DNA of 47,612 nucleotides from an uncultured Pirellulales bacterium (GTDB lineage: Bacteria; Planctomycetota; Phycisphaerae; Sedimentisphaerales; Anaerobacaceae): assembly GCA_964394625.1 (NCBI GenBank), contig CAYMYK010000005.1, forward strand, positions 1-47,612, in the 5' to 3' direction. Positions 19,177-29,061 of this stretch are shown here, piece after piece. Both the position numbers and the translations under genes were made by a program. The first letter of the stretch is position 1. Every line of letters starts with the position of its first letter. Below the pieces are notes generated by a model. That model was not told the origin of the DNA, searched no databases, and saw only the letters and a program-made list of their open reading frames with translations.

Positions 19177-19208
19177 CAAAAGCCCCCGCGAATTTCGGGG
19201 GCTTTTAT
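19177..19208. terminator. Bidirectional Rho-independent terminator between convergent genes
   Basis: aaaaAGCCCCCGcgaatttCGGGGGCTtttat is a perfect 8-bp GC stem with a 7-nt loop. An A-tract lies 5' and a T-tract 3'. It sits between the stop at 19153 (+) and the stop at 19239 (-). Confidence 0.6.
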
Positions 19209-19238
19209 ATTGAACAGTGCCGCAGTACTGCTATGTTT

Positions 19239-20168
19239 TCAGGCACTTTTCACCGGTGTCTTTTTTACAACGTCCTCGTAATCGTTAATTTCCTCTGTGG
19301 ATTCGAATCCGACGATGACGGTATCGACGCAGCCGAGGTTGAGTACGAGACGAGCGGTTTTTTCGCGAAGCTCACGGCTGTATCGGAAGGCGCCTTCGCC
19401 GATAAGTTTCATACCGACAACACCCTTGCCGGCATCGTGTATTTTTTTAAGGATGGGGACGACCTCTTCGGGGCTGGAGTCCATTTCGGTGCCGTATGCG
19501 TTTATTCTTGCGTGGACTGAATCGACCCAGGGCTCTTCGGCTGCCGTTCTGAGTGCTCCCAGCGAATGAATGGAGACACCTACGGCGCGGACTTTCTGCT
19601 TGTTCTTTAGTTCGTACATACCGTCCATGTAGGGTTTGTATCGTGTGTTCCAGTCGGGCTCGAAGACGCAGTGGAACAGGAGCATATCGATGTAATCAGT
19701 GTTGAGCTCCTTCAAGAAACGATCGAAGGTAACCAATGGTTTTTCGCGCTCGCCGTCGAGGATGTCGAATCGTTGTATCTTGGTGCTGATGATGTAGTTT
19801 TCGCGTGGTATGCCCTTCAGGGCAGGGATGATGTACGGATGCGAGCCGTACATATCAGCACAGTCGAAGAATCGGCAGCCGCGGTCGTATGACTCTTTGA
19901 GAAGCGCCTCGAATTTTTGCTTTCCGAGTCGTGTCTGGTTTGAGGAATGGTTGCCGCCTCCCATTCCGGTGCCGAATCCGACACGGGAGACCTTGATGTC
20001 GGTTTTGCCAAGTGAGACCAGTTCATAAGGGTCGAAAGTTTTTGCGTCGGCGGCCGGTTCTGCGGCGTGGCTCTGTGTGCGTGCGAGCCCCCAGGGGGCG
20101 AGCAAACCGGCGGCGCCGGCAACGGATTTTGTAAGGAATTCACGCCGTTTCATTTTTCCCATCATCAT
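19239..20168 (-). CDS. Aldo/keto reductase with a twin-arginine (Tat) signal peptide
   Basis: The N-terminus MKRREFLTKSVAGAAGLLAPWGLA is Tat-like. GFGTGMGGG, FDCADMYG and the rest of the body match an AKR fold. Confidence 0.75.
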   Translation of the reverse strand: MMMGKMKRREFLTKSVAGAAGLLAPWGLARTQSHAAEPAADAKTFDPYELVSLGKTDIKVSRVGFGTGMGGGNHSSNQTRLGKQKFEALLKESYDRGCRFFDCADMYGSHPYIIPALKGIPRENYIISTKIQRFDILDGEREKPLVTFDRFLKELNTDYIDMLLFHCVFEPDWNTRYKPYMDGMYELKNKQKVRAVGVSIHSLGALRTAAEEPWVDSVHARINAYGTEMDSSPEEVVPILKKIHDAGKGVVGMKLIGEGAFRYSRELREKTARLVLNLGCVDTVIVGFESTEEINDYEDVVKKTPVKSA

Positions 20169-20225
20169 AACCCTCTCTAATTCTTGGATTTATTTACTTG
20201 TATAAGCATTTTAGCACAGTTGTTC

Positions 20226-22994
20226 TCAGATTTCCGAAGAAAAACCGTAATTTCCGGAGCCGATGTGGAAGACGGCGGTGCCGTTTTCGCTGCGGAGGAA
20301 ATCGACGCCCGGTACCTGATCGAAGGCAGCGGCTTTGCCTGACTCGGTGACCAAGAGCACATCGACAGTGGGTATATAAACGGTGGCGGTAGTATTTGCA
20401 GGGATGGTCACGTCGAGGGTAAGACTGTCGCCGTCGAGCTTCCAGCTTGTGGCGATTTTACCGTTGATGGAATTGTAGGCGGCTTTTGCCCAAGTGAGGT
20501 TTCCGCCCGGCTGCGGCTTTATAATGATATTGCGAAAGCCGGGCCCGTCGGTGTCGATACCGCCGATGGTCTTGAACATCCACTCCGCCACGGCGCCGAA
20601 GGAGTAATGGGAAAAGGAGTTCATACCGGTGTCCTGGAAGCCCTTTTCGGGAGTCCAGCCGTCCCAGCGTTCCCAGATGGAGGTGGCGCCTTGTTTGATT
20701 GAGAAGCCCCAGGATGGGAACGTATCGTTGCCGAAGAGTTTGTAGGCAACATCGGTTCGGCCGAACTCTGTGAGCGTCGTCATAAGGTCTTTTGTGCCTA
20801 TAAAGCCGGTGGAGAGGTGCTGGTTTCGCTTCTCTGTGCGGTCGATGAGCCGGCTTATCGCAATGGCACTTTTGTCGGGTTCGAGCAGGCCGAACTTTAG
20901 GGCGAGAACGTAAACCGTCTGCGTATCGGATTTGATGGCGCCGTCGTCGGCGACGAATTTTTCGTTGAAGCGTTTTTTGATTTTCTCGAAGAGCTGATTG
21001 TATTCTTGGGCATCGGTTTTTCTTTCGAGCGCCTGAGCAATGCGAGCCATCAGTTTTGTGCTGTGGGCGAAGTATGCGGTTGCCAGGACGGCCTTGTCGG
21101 TCTCGGCGTCAATGCTGAGCCAGTCGCCGTATCCTTTTGCGGGCCTGATGAGGCTATAGCTGTTTTTTTTACAAAAATCTATCCAGTCGGCCATATTGTC
21201 GTAATATCTTTCGAGGACTCGTTTGTCGCCATAGACCTGGTAGATTGTCCAGGGGCAGATGATGCCGGCGTCGGCCCAGGCGGCGGTGCCGCAGCCATCG
21301 GCTATAACCCGCGGAGCGACATCCGGATAAGCGCCGTCGGACCTCTGGGCGTCGGCGAGGTCAACGAGCCATTTTGTAAAGAAGGCGGCGACATCGTTGT
21401 TGTATGTGGCGGCCCTGACGAAGACCTGGGCGTCGCCGGTCCAGCCGAGCCGTTCATCCCTCTGGGGACAGTCGGTGGGAATGTCGATGAAGTTGGCTCG
21501 CTGGGTGGTAACAATATTTTCGTAGAGCTTGTTGGCCATTTCATCGGAGCATTCGAAGACGCCGGCGAGCGGGGTGTCGGAGCTGAGGGTCAGGCCCGTG
21601 ACGTCGTCGATTGTTGGAGTGCCGGGGTAGCCGGTAACCTGGACATATTGGAAGCCGTGGAAGGTGAAGCGGGGCTGATAGATTTCGGTTCCCGCACCTT
21701 TGCAGATATAGGTGTCGGCGGCCCGTGCGTTTCGCAGGTTCGTAAGATAGACGGTGCCGTCGGCCTTGAGGCGCTCGCCGAAGTGCAGGGTGACTTTACG
21801 CCCCTTCGGGCCTTTGACTTTCAGCCGGGCAAAGCCGGCAAAGTTTCTTGCCATATCGAATACAAAGACACCCGGCTTTGGTTCATTGACGCTTACCGGT
21901 TTTATTTCGTCGAACTGCCGGACGGCTGCGCCGGGATACGGCTGTAACATAGCATCTATATGTTTTGTAACATCGACCGGTTTCCAGGAGGTGTCGTTGT
22001 AGTCGCAGTTTGCCCAGCCGGTCAATTCTTTTGCAGTGTCGTACGTTTCACCCATATACAAGTCGGCTTCGCGGATGGGCGAGGCGTTTGCCTTCCAGGA
22101 GCCGTCGGTAATAATCGTATCGTTCGTCCCATCCTCGTATTCGACGTAAAGTTGTGCGAAGAATCTTGTTTTGTCGCCGTAGTTGTCGCGTTTAGGTTTC
22201 CAGCCGAGGTAGCCGGCGTACCAGCCGTCGGCGAGGACGGCGCCGAGGGCGTTTTTGCCCGGGCGCAGCATCCCGGTGACGTCGTATGTATTGTAATAGA
22301 GCCGTTTTTTGTAGTTTGTCCAGCCGGGCGTGAAGTAGTCGTTTCCTACACGCAGCCCGTTGATGTGAAGCTCATAGATACCGAGTGCGGAGGCGTAGAT
22401 GACGGCCCGGCTGACCGGCTTTTCGATGTTGAAGCTTTTTCTCAGGCATACCGCCGGCGGCAGTTTGACCTTATGTGTTTTGATGTACCCGACTTCAACT
22501 TCCGGCAGGTTTTTGCGGGGCAGGTCAGAGCCGACCCACCGGGCCTTGAAATCCGTTTTTTTCAGCAGCCCCATAGACCAAAAGCCCGGCGGCCCATAGT
22601 CGGTAACACAGCCGTCCTGGTCCCAGGAGCGAGCCTTCCAGCAGCATTTCATTCGGCTCTTGAGCAATTTTCCTTTATAAACGACTTGATTTGTCCGGTC
22701 AGAGAGGACTTTGCCGCTGTTCCAGAGGTCCGCACTGTTTTGCCGGAGCTTTTCTTCGGAGCTGGCGACGAGGACTTGATAAGCGGTTTGCTTCTGTACC
22801 CTTTTGTCACTGTCGAGCGTCCAGCTCAGCCGGGGCCCGGCGACAGCAATGGCGAGCGGGTCTTTGAGGTATTCGCATCGCAGATTTTGAATGCGGATGT
22901 CGCTTTCAGGCAGCCCGGCGGATAATTGCGGACCGGCACAGCCGACGATGCTTAATAACAAAACAGTTAGAACAGCGGTAATTAGTTGTGTCAT
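20226..22994 (-). CDS. Alpha-L-rhamnosidase (GH78), secreted
   Basis: N-terminal lipoprotein-like signal. NLRCEYLKDPLAI...PRLSWTLDS...QTAYQVLVASS is the classic GH78 N-terminal signature. The length (922 aa) is typical. Confidence 0.85.
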   Translation of the reverse strand: MTQLITAVLTVLLLSIVGCAGPQLSAGLPESDIRIQNLRCEYLKDPLAIAVAGPRLSWTLDSDKRVQKQTAYQVLVASSEEKLRQNSADLWNSGKVLSDRTNQVVYKGKLLKSRMKCCWKARSWDQDGCVTDYGPPGFWSMGLLKKTDFKARWVGSDLPRKNLPEVEVGYIKTHKVKLPPAVCLRKSFNIEKPVSRAVIYASALGIYELHINGLRVGNDYFTPGWTNYKKRLYYNTYDVTGMLRPGKNALGAVLADGWYAGYLGWKPKRDNYGDKTRFFAQLYVEYEDGTNDTIITDGSWKANASPIREADLYMGETYDTAKELTGWANCDYNDTSWKPVDVTKHIDAMLQPYPGAAVRQFDEIKPVSVNEPKPGVFVFDMARNFAGFARLKVKGPKGRKVTLHFGERLKADGTVYLTNLRNARAADTYICKGAGTEIYQPRFTFHGFQYVQVTGYPGTPTIDDVTGLTLSSDTPLAGVFECSDEMANKLYENIVTTQRANFIDIPTDCPQRDERLGWTGDAQVFVRAATYNNDVAAFFTKWLVDLADAQRSDGAYPDVAPRVIADGCGTAAWADAGIICPWTIYQVYGDKRVLERYYDNMADWIDFCKKNSYSLIRPAKGYGDWLSIDAETDKAVLATAYFAHSTKLMARIAQALERKTDAQEYNQLFEKIKKRFNEKFVADDGAIKSDTQTVYVLALKFGLLEPDKSAIAISRLIDRTEKRNQHLSTGFIGTKDLMTTLTEFGRTDVAYKLFGNDTFPSWGFSIKQGATSIWERWDGWTPEKGFQDTGMNSFSHYSFGAVAEWMFKTIGGIDTDGPGFRNIIIKPQPGGNLTWAKAAYNSINGKIATSWKLDGDSLTLDVTIPANTTATVYIPTVDVLLVTESGKAAAFDQVPGVDFLRSENGTAVFHIGSGNYGFSSEI

Positions 22995-23013
22995 TTTTCT
23001 ACTCCTGAATAGA

Positions 23014-23577
23014 TTATTGACTCATCGATTCGAGCATTTTTCCCCACCTGTTGATATGGCCGATTTCGTCGGCCTGATTTTTTTCGATAACTTTTCGAGT
23101 ATCGTCGTCCCAGTCAACTTTCTCGAGCAGCTCGGCATAGTGGTCAACCGCTTTAGTTTCGACCCAGATGCCGGTTTTAAGTATGGCTTTTTTGCCGAGG
23201 ATACGCGAGCCGAAGCCGAATGCAAAACCGACAAGCCAGTATGCCCAGCGCAGCTTGAAGGGCTTGAAACCAAACTCGTAGAGCTTTATCTGAAAGTCCT
23301 GGTAGTGGCCCATTTCGTTGCACATAGCGGCGATTAGCTGGCGGTTGTGCTCGAAGGGTTCTGACGTAAGCTGAAACTTATAGATGTTCTGGGCCATAAG
23401 CTCAAGTGTATGCAGGGCATGCAGGGCCTTTTTGACGGCCTTTAGACGGCGGGGCGGCATTTGTTCTGTTCGCAGCTTGAAGTCATCGGCCGTCATTTGC
23501 GGGCGGATTATTGATATGTCATACGCCACTTTCGTCTGGGTGCGAGGATGGTCGGAGTCCATATCGTAACCTTTCAA
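23014..23577 (-). CDS. Ferritin-like di-iron protein (Coq7, demethoxyubiquinone-hydroxylase-like family)
   Basis: Two E-x-x-H helices, AMCNEMGHYQ and QADEIGHINR. It is about 187 aa and sits tandem upstream of the rhamnosidase and AKR on the same strand. Confidence 0.5.
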   Translation of the reverse strand: MKGYDMDSDHPRTQTKVAYDISIIRPQMTADDFKLRTEQMPPRRLKAVKKALHALHTLELMAQNIYKFQLTSEPFEHNRQLIAAMCNEMGHYQDFQIKLYEFGFKPFKLRWAYWLVGFAFGFGSRILGKKAILKTGIWVETKAVDHYAELLEKVDWDDDTRKVIEKNQADEIGHINRWGKMLESMSQ

Positions 23578-23819
23578 AAATCACTGCCTGTCATTATGGC
23601 CGAGATGATGGGTTTTGTCAAACGGTGAACCTTCCTGTGCGAACAGCTTGCACGGTTCGGTACGAGTCTGTGAAAAAAGAGAAATTTTATACTCGAATTG
23701 AACGAATCAAACGTATCGGTTAAATAAAAACGCTTGCGAAAACCGGGAGCTGCGGTTATCGTAATGCGGCTTTTTCATAGATGGAACCGTATTTGTAAAT
23801 TCTTATTTTCAGGAAGGTT

Positions 23820-25847
23820 ATGATGAGTGGAGCTGCGAGGATTACCGGTTTATCCCAACTTGATGAGCTTTGTGTCGATACGATTCGATTTTTGTCTGCG
23901 GACGGTGTTCAAAAGGCCGGCAGCGGACATCCGGGTATGCCCATAGCAATGGCGCCGGCGGCATACGTGCTCTGGATGCGCTATATGAAGTATAACCCGG
24001 CAAACCCGACCTGGCTTAACAGGGACAGGTTCGTTCTGTCGGCCGGTCACGGCAGTATGCTTTTGTATTCGCTGCTGCACCTGTGCGGCTTCGATATGAG
24101 TTTGGATGATTTGAAGAGCTTCCGGCAGTGGGCCTCCAAGACGCCCGGGCATCCCGAGTATAAGCCGAAACTCGGGATAGAGGTGACGACGGGGCCTCTG
24201 GGGCAGGGTATAAGCAATGCGGCGGGAATGGCGATTGCGGAAAACTACCTTGCTAACTACTTCAACCGCGAGGGATTTACAATCATAGACTACGACATTT
24301 ATGTACTGGCGGGTGACGGTGATTTGGCCGAGGGCGTCTCAGCGGAGGCGTCATCTTTGGCGGGGCATTTGGGGCTTGATAATCTGATTGTGATTTACGA
24401 CGACAATCACATTACGATTGACGGCGATACGGCCCTGGCGTTCACCGAGGATACTGCCAAGCGCTATGAGGCATACGGCTGGTACGTTCAGCAGGTAGGC
24501 GGCGACGGTAATGATATGGCGGCGTTCGCCAAGGCGCTCGACAATGCCAGGGCACAAAGCGACCGGCCTTCGCTCATAAAGCTGCGTACTCACATTGCAT
24601 ACGGGGCCCCGAATATGCAGGATACCGCCAAAGCACACGGAGCACCCTTGGGTGAGGACGAGATAAAACAGATGAAACAAAATTTCGGGTGGGACCCTGA
24701 AAAGACATTTTATGTACCCCAGGAGGTCAGGGAATATATGGGCAGACAGGTCGAGGTGGGTGCAGAGGCGGAGGCGGGCTGGAACAAGATGTTCGATGAG
24801 TATGCCGGGGAGTACCCCGATTTGGCCGAGCAGTTCCGCAATGCCGCCGACGGTAAATTAGGCGTGAATATCGATGAGCTGCTGCCTAAGTTCGAGCCGG
24901 GCCAATCAATTGCGACTCGAAAGGCATCGGGCAAGGTACTGGATGCCCTTATGCCGGGCTGTCCTATGGTGCTTGGAGGAAGTGCCGACCTGACGCCCTC
25001 GAACAATACGCGGTTCAATGGCGCAAAGGATTTTCAAAAGGACAGCCGGCTCGGCAGGTATATTCGGTACGGTGTACGCGAGCATGCGATGGGCGCAATA
25101 ATGAACGGGATATCGGTCAGCGGCCTGGTGCGTGCATACGGGGGGACGTTTATGGTGTTCAGTGACTATATGCGCGGGGCGGTTCGCGTGGCGGCTATGT
25201 CGGGCTATCCGACCATATTTGTATATACGCACGACAGTATCGGGATAGGCGAGGACGGGCCTACGCATCAGCCGGTGGAGCATTTGGCTGCGCTTCGGGC
25301 GATGCCGAACCTGCTGGTGTTCAGACCTGCGGATGCCAACGAGACGGCGCAGGCGTGGAAGTTTGCTCTTCAGTACCGCTCCGGGCCGGTAGCTCTTTGT
25401 CTGACGAGGCAGGCGCTTCCCGTGCTCGACCGGAACAAATTAGCTTCCGCTGAGAACTTGAGGCGCGGCGCCTACATTTTAGCCGACGGCGAAAGTCCTG
25501 ATGTTTTGCTTCTGGCGACCGGCTCGGAGGTTGCCGTTGCGCTGCAGGCCTACGAAAAGCTCTCGGCTGACCGGATAAGCGCACGTGTAATAAGTATGCC
25601 CTGCTGGAAGCTTTTCGAGCAGCAGAATAAAGAATACCGCAACTCGGTGTTCCCGGCCAAGCTGACAGTAAGGGTCGGTATCGAGGCGGGTGTCGAATTG
25701 GGCTGGCGCAAGTGGTTGGGCGAAAAGGGTATCTTTATCGGGATGTCCTCATTCGGCGCATCGGCCCCGGGCAGGGTTTGCTTCGAGAAGTTCGGGCTCA
25801 CGGCGGATGCGGTCGTAACGGCGGCGAAGAAGCAGTTGGGTAAATGA
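23820..25847 (+). CDS. tkt: Transketolase
   Basis: GHPGMPIAMAPAAYVLW is the TPP-binding N-terminus. The full-length ~675-aa architecture is present. SD AGGAAGG is upstream, and ATG 23823 is slightly better spaced than ATG 23820. Confidence 0.9.
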   Translation: MMSGAARITGLSQLDELCVDTIRFLSADGVQKAGSGHPGMPIAMAPAAYVLWMRYMKYNPANPTWLNRDRFVLSAGHGSMLLYSLLHLCGFDMSLDDLKSFRQWASKTPGHPEYKPKLGIEVTTGPLGQGISNAAGMAIAENYLANYFNREGFTIIDYDIYVLAGDGDLAEGVSAEASSLAGHLGLDNLIVIYDDNHITIDGDTALAFTEDTAKRYEAYGWYVQQVGGDGNDMAAFAKALDNARAQSDRPSLIKLRTHIAYGAPNMQDTAKAHGAPLGEDEIKQMKQNFGWDPEKTFYVPQEVREYMGRQVEVGAEAEAGWNKMFDEYAGEYPDLAEQFRNAADGKLGVNIDELLPKFEPGQSIATRKASGKVLDALMPGCPMVLGGSADLTPSNNTRFNGAKDFQKDSRLGRYIRYGVREHAMGAIMNGISVSGLVRAYGGTFMVFSDYMRGAVRVAAMSGYPTIFVYTHDSIGIGEDGPTHQPVEHLAALRAMPNLLVFRPADANETAQAWKFALQYRSGPVALCLTRQALPVLDRNKLASAENLRRGAYILADGESPDVLLLATGSEVAVALQAYEKLSADRISARVISMPCWKLFEQQNKEYRNSVFPAKLTVRVGIEAGVELGWRKWLGEKGIFIGMSSFGASAPGRVCFEKFGLTADAVVTAAKKQLGK

Positions 25848-26027
25848 CCAAAACTCAAGGCCGACGTGAACGTAATTGCGCATCCGTCAATTGCTTTTGC
25901 CCTGCATGCGAACTTTAGAAAAAAAAAAAGCTGTAAAAAGCCCTTGCAGAGGCCGGCGCTTTGACGCATACTCACGGCAAAGCAGGCAACACATTTTATT
26001 GTTCTCTGATTGTTAAGGAAGATAGCT

Positions 26028-27560
26028 ATGGAACCTGATTGGGAAGCTATTCCGATTCGAGGCGCCGGTTTCCTGCGAAAGATGGGCCCTGTCGCGGTGC
26101 TGGTGGTGATTATTCTCATTGTGCTGGCCTTTTTATCCGTAACTTCCATTGTCAAAATCGGCGGCACACAGGTCGGCATCGTCGAAAAGAAGCTCGGCGG
26201 TGGGTCTCTGCCGGCCGGCCGGGTCATCGCCGTAAAAGGCGAAAACGGTATCCAGGCCCAGGTCCTTGCCCCGGGCTGGCACTTCTTCTACTGGCCCTGG
26301 CAGTACGGCATCAAGAAAGTACAGTGGACCCAAATCAAAGAGGGCCAGGTCGGCCTTGTCACGGCAAAGGACGGACAGACCCTCCCGCCAGACACTATCT
26401 ATGCCCCCGAATGGTCCGACCCCGACAGAATGATAGACGCCGCCTACTTCCTCAGCGAAGGCAATGGCTACAAAGGTCCTCAGCTCAGCGTCCTTAACCC
26501 CGGCGCATACCGTCTCAACACCGACCTTTTCGAAATAAAGCAGGTCACCGTCATAAACGTCAGGGTCGGCACCGTCGCTGTTGTAAAAAGCAATGTCGGC
26601 CGGACGGTCGAGACCGAAGACCGTCTCGTCGAAAAAGGACAAAGAGGTATCTGGAACAAGCCACTCGGCGAGGGCCAGTACTACCTCAACACCAACGCCT
26701 ACGAAGTCACACTCATCAGCATCCGCCAGACAAAGGTAAGCTACACCGCGGAATTGGAGCGAGGCGAGACCGGCACCGCCCAGCCGCTCAAGCCAATCAC
26801 CGTCCGAAGCGCCGACGGCTTCACCTTCCCCGTTGATGTCAGAATCACCTACCGGATAGACCCCGAAAACGCCCCGCGAGTAGTCGCGATGATCGGCGAC
26901 GATGCTTTGATTCTCGATAAGCTCGTAACGCCCAGAGTCAGAGCGACTTTCAGAAACAATGCCGAGAAGGTCAAGGCACTCGCATACGTCCAGAACCGTT
27001 CCGTCCAGGAACAGCAAAGCGCCCGGATGCTCAGAGAAGACCTCGCCGAGTATGGCATCACCCTACTCGAAATCAGCATAGGTGACATCGGCGACGAAAA
27101 GAGTCTCGGCGCACTGCTCAAAACCCAGACCGACCGTGAAATCGCCCTCCAGGAACAAGCCACCTTCGAAGAACAGCAGCGCGCCGCTGAAAAGAAAAAG
27201 GCCCTGACGAAAACCACCCAGGAAGCCGAAGAGGAAAAACGGCTCGCTACTGCCACCTATGACGTCAGTATCGCCGAGCAGGACAAACAAAAGAAAATCA
27301 TCGCAGCCCAGGGCGAAGCCGAAATGGTCCGCATCGTCGCCGAGGCAAAGGCCAAGGCCTTCGAGCTTGTCTCAAACGTCATTGGCCCCGACAACGCCGC
27401 ACTTATCGAAGTCCTGAAGATGGTCTCCGAATCCGATATGGAAATCACACCGGAAGTAATGGTCACAGGCCAAAGCTCCGGCATGACCGATGCGCTGATG
27501 GGCACCATTCTCAAAGGCATGCTCAACAAGCAGGGTTCAGGCGTCAAGGCCGGTAAGTGA
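26028..27560 (+). CDS. SPFH/band-7 (flotillin-like) membrane protein with a C-terminal coiled-coil E/A/K region
   Basis: ATG 26028 is preceded by SD AAGGAAG with 6-nt spacing. A transmembrane segment VAVLVVIILIVLAFL is followed by an SPFH core and an EA-rich tail. The track ORF begins at an upstream TTG at 26010. Confidence 0.7.
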   Translation: MEPDWEAIPIRGAGFLRKMGPVAVLVVIILIVLAFLSVTSIVKIGGTQVGIVEKKLGGGSLPAGRVIAVKGENGIQAQVLAPGWHFFYWPWQYGIKKVQWTQIKEGQVGLVTAKDGQTLPPDTIYAPEWSDPDRMIDAAYFLSEGNGYKGPQLSVLNPGAYRLNTDLFEIKQVTVINVRVGTVAVVKSNVGRTVETEDRLVEKGQRGIWNKPLGEGQYYLNTNAYEVTLISIRQTKVSYTAELERGETGTAQPLKPITVRSADGFTFPVDVRITYRIDPENAPRVVAMIGDDALILDKLVTPRVRATFRNNAEKVKALAYVQNRSVQEQQSARMLREDLAEYGITLLEISIGDIGDEKSLGALLKTQTDREIALQEQATFEEQQRAAEKKKALTKTTQEAEEEKRLATATYDVSIAEQDKQKKIIAAQGEAEMVRIVAEAKAKAFELVSNVIGPDNAALIEVLKMVSESDMEITPEVMVTGQSSGMTDALMGTILKGMLNKQGSGVKAGK

Positions 27561-27614
27561 CAGAGATGGGAAACACGTGGGGCACAGCCCCGGCCTGCAG
27601 ATGGATTCGGCTTC

Positions 27615-28862
27615 TTAGTTTTGATATGGCAGCGGCTTCGGGTCGAGCCAGGCGGCTACTTTGCTCTTGATTGCCCAGGCCGTGAAGAAATTGCCCGCAG
27701 GGCTGTGGTGGCCGTTGTAGTATTTTCTTAAATAGCCCTGCACATTTCCGTCGGAGTATTTGAAATCTGCGCCGAAGTAATCCCGCATATCAATCACAGG
27801 GTAGGGTTTGTCTTTCAGCCAGTTTGTGAAATTCCGGTCGAATGCGGGTTTGCCGGTCAGCGCCGCCGCGATATTGCCCTCTGAAAACGACAGGATGAGC
27901 ATCAGTTTTTTTCCTGTTTTTCGGCAGAACTGTTCGGTCCAGGTGACGACGTTTTCTGTTGCGAACAGCGAGGCCTCGGTGTACATCTTCTCGATTTTTT
28001 CCCCGGCGGCGGTTTGTTCGTTCGGCTCCTGTGCGATGCCGAAGCTGACCGCGACGGGGCTGACGAGCTTTGGCGAGATTGTCCGGCCTTTCCTTAAACT
28101 CAGCATCACCTGCAAAACGGGGTCGTCTTTGAAGGTTTTGTACACGAAGGCCCTGTCGCAGAGCCGATATACTTCACCGGGTTTATGAAAGAGGTTCGGC
28201 GCCTGCTCGCAGAGGCCTTTTTGCAGATTAACCCGCAGGTGCGGCAGGGTGAAATCGTCGGGAATGACGCGCCCGAAACGGACGGGCCTCCAGGCGTCCA
28301 GATTGCGGTAGTGGTCGTCGTCCCAGATATTGAGGATAATATACTCAGCAGGGTTGTTTTTCTCGACCTTCAGCATCCGCAGGTATGCCTGATAGACACT
28401 GTAGCCGCCGGCGCCGTAGTTGCGCACCGGCTCCTGCAGGTGAGCGGCGAGAAATTCCTGCCAGGTCTCGCCGTCGTTGACCTGGTCGCAATGGGTAAAG
28501 CTGTCGCCGAATGTATGGATTCGGCAGGGCCTATCGGCGAAGTTTGTTACCCTGCGGGCGCCGTCGGGTTCGTAGTGATAAAATGTTTTAGATTTATCCA
28601 CGCCGTCTCGACGCACACAGTCGCTGATTATCCAGCCGAGGTCGGCGTCAAACGTCCAGCCCTTGTTTTTGCTGAGCTGTTCGGGGCCCTGTTTGCCGGT
28701 GATAAACTTTTTCACGTGCTCGCGGCTCGGCATAATGGAATAAAGGTATGCCTTGATATCTGCTTCGGTTATCCGGTCTTCCTTTCGATCTGCTCGAAGG
28801 GTCGGGACGGCAAGCAGCCCGGCTGCGATAAGGGCGAATAATACCTTCTTTCCCATCTTCAT
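27615..28862 (-). CDS. Secreted SGNH/GDSL-family hydrolase
   Basis: Signal peptide MKMGKKVLFALIAAGLLAVPTLRA. The GDS(L)-like block HTFGDSFTH is present. Confidence 0.55.
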   Translation of the reverse strand: MKMGKKVLFALIAAGLLAVPTLRADRKEDRITEADIKAYLYSIMPSREHVKKFITGKQGPEQLSKNKGWTFDADLGWIISDCVRRDGVDKSKTFYHYEPDGARRVTNFADRPCRIHTFGDSFTHCDQVNDGETWQEFLAAHLQEPVRNYGAGGYSVYQAYLRMLKVEKNNPAEYIILNIWDDDHYRNLDAWRPVRFGRVIPDDFTLPHLRVNLQKGLCEQAPNLFHKPGEVYRLCDRAFVYKTFKDDPVLQVMLSLRKGRTISPKLVSPVAVSFGIAQEPNEQTAAGEKIEKMYTEASLFATENVVTWTEQFCRKTGKKLMLILSFSEGNIAAALTGKPAFDRNFTNWLKDKPYPVIDMRDYFGADFKYSDGNVQGYLRKYYNGHHSPAGNFFTAWAIKSKVAAWLDPKPLPYQN

Positions 28863-29061
28863 CTCCTTTTCAATGTGTATGGTTTGCTGTCAGTTTAACA
28901 AATTGGCCATTCTGTGACAACAGGTGTGTCATCGGCAGTTTCTTTGATTGTGCTCGTTGCGGCTGCGGAGGGTTAGGGGGGGCAGAGTGCGGCATTGTAT
29001 TACCTGTGGCATAGCTTCTCAAGAGCTTTACAGTCCCCTTGAGATGGCGTGGCCATATAGT

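Noticed and set aside
21006-22925. Plus-strand ORFs 21006-21947 and 21960-22925
   Set aside because: They are antisense to the well-supported GH78 rhamnosidase and have Gly/Val/Ala-rich shadow composition.
26133-27290. Minus-strand ORFs antisense to the SPFH gene
   Set aside because: Shadow frames of the E/A/K-rich C-terminal region.
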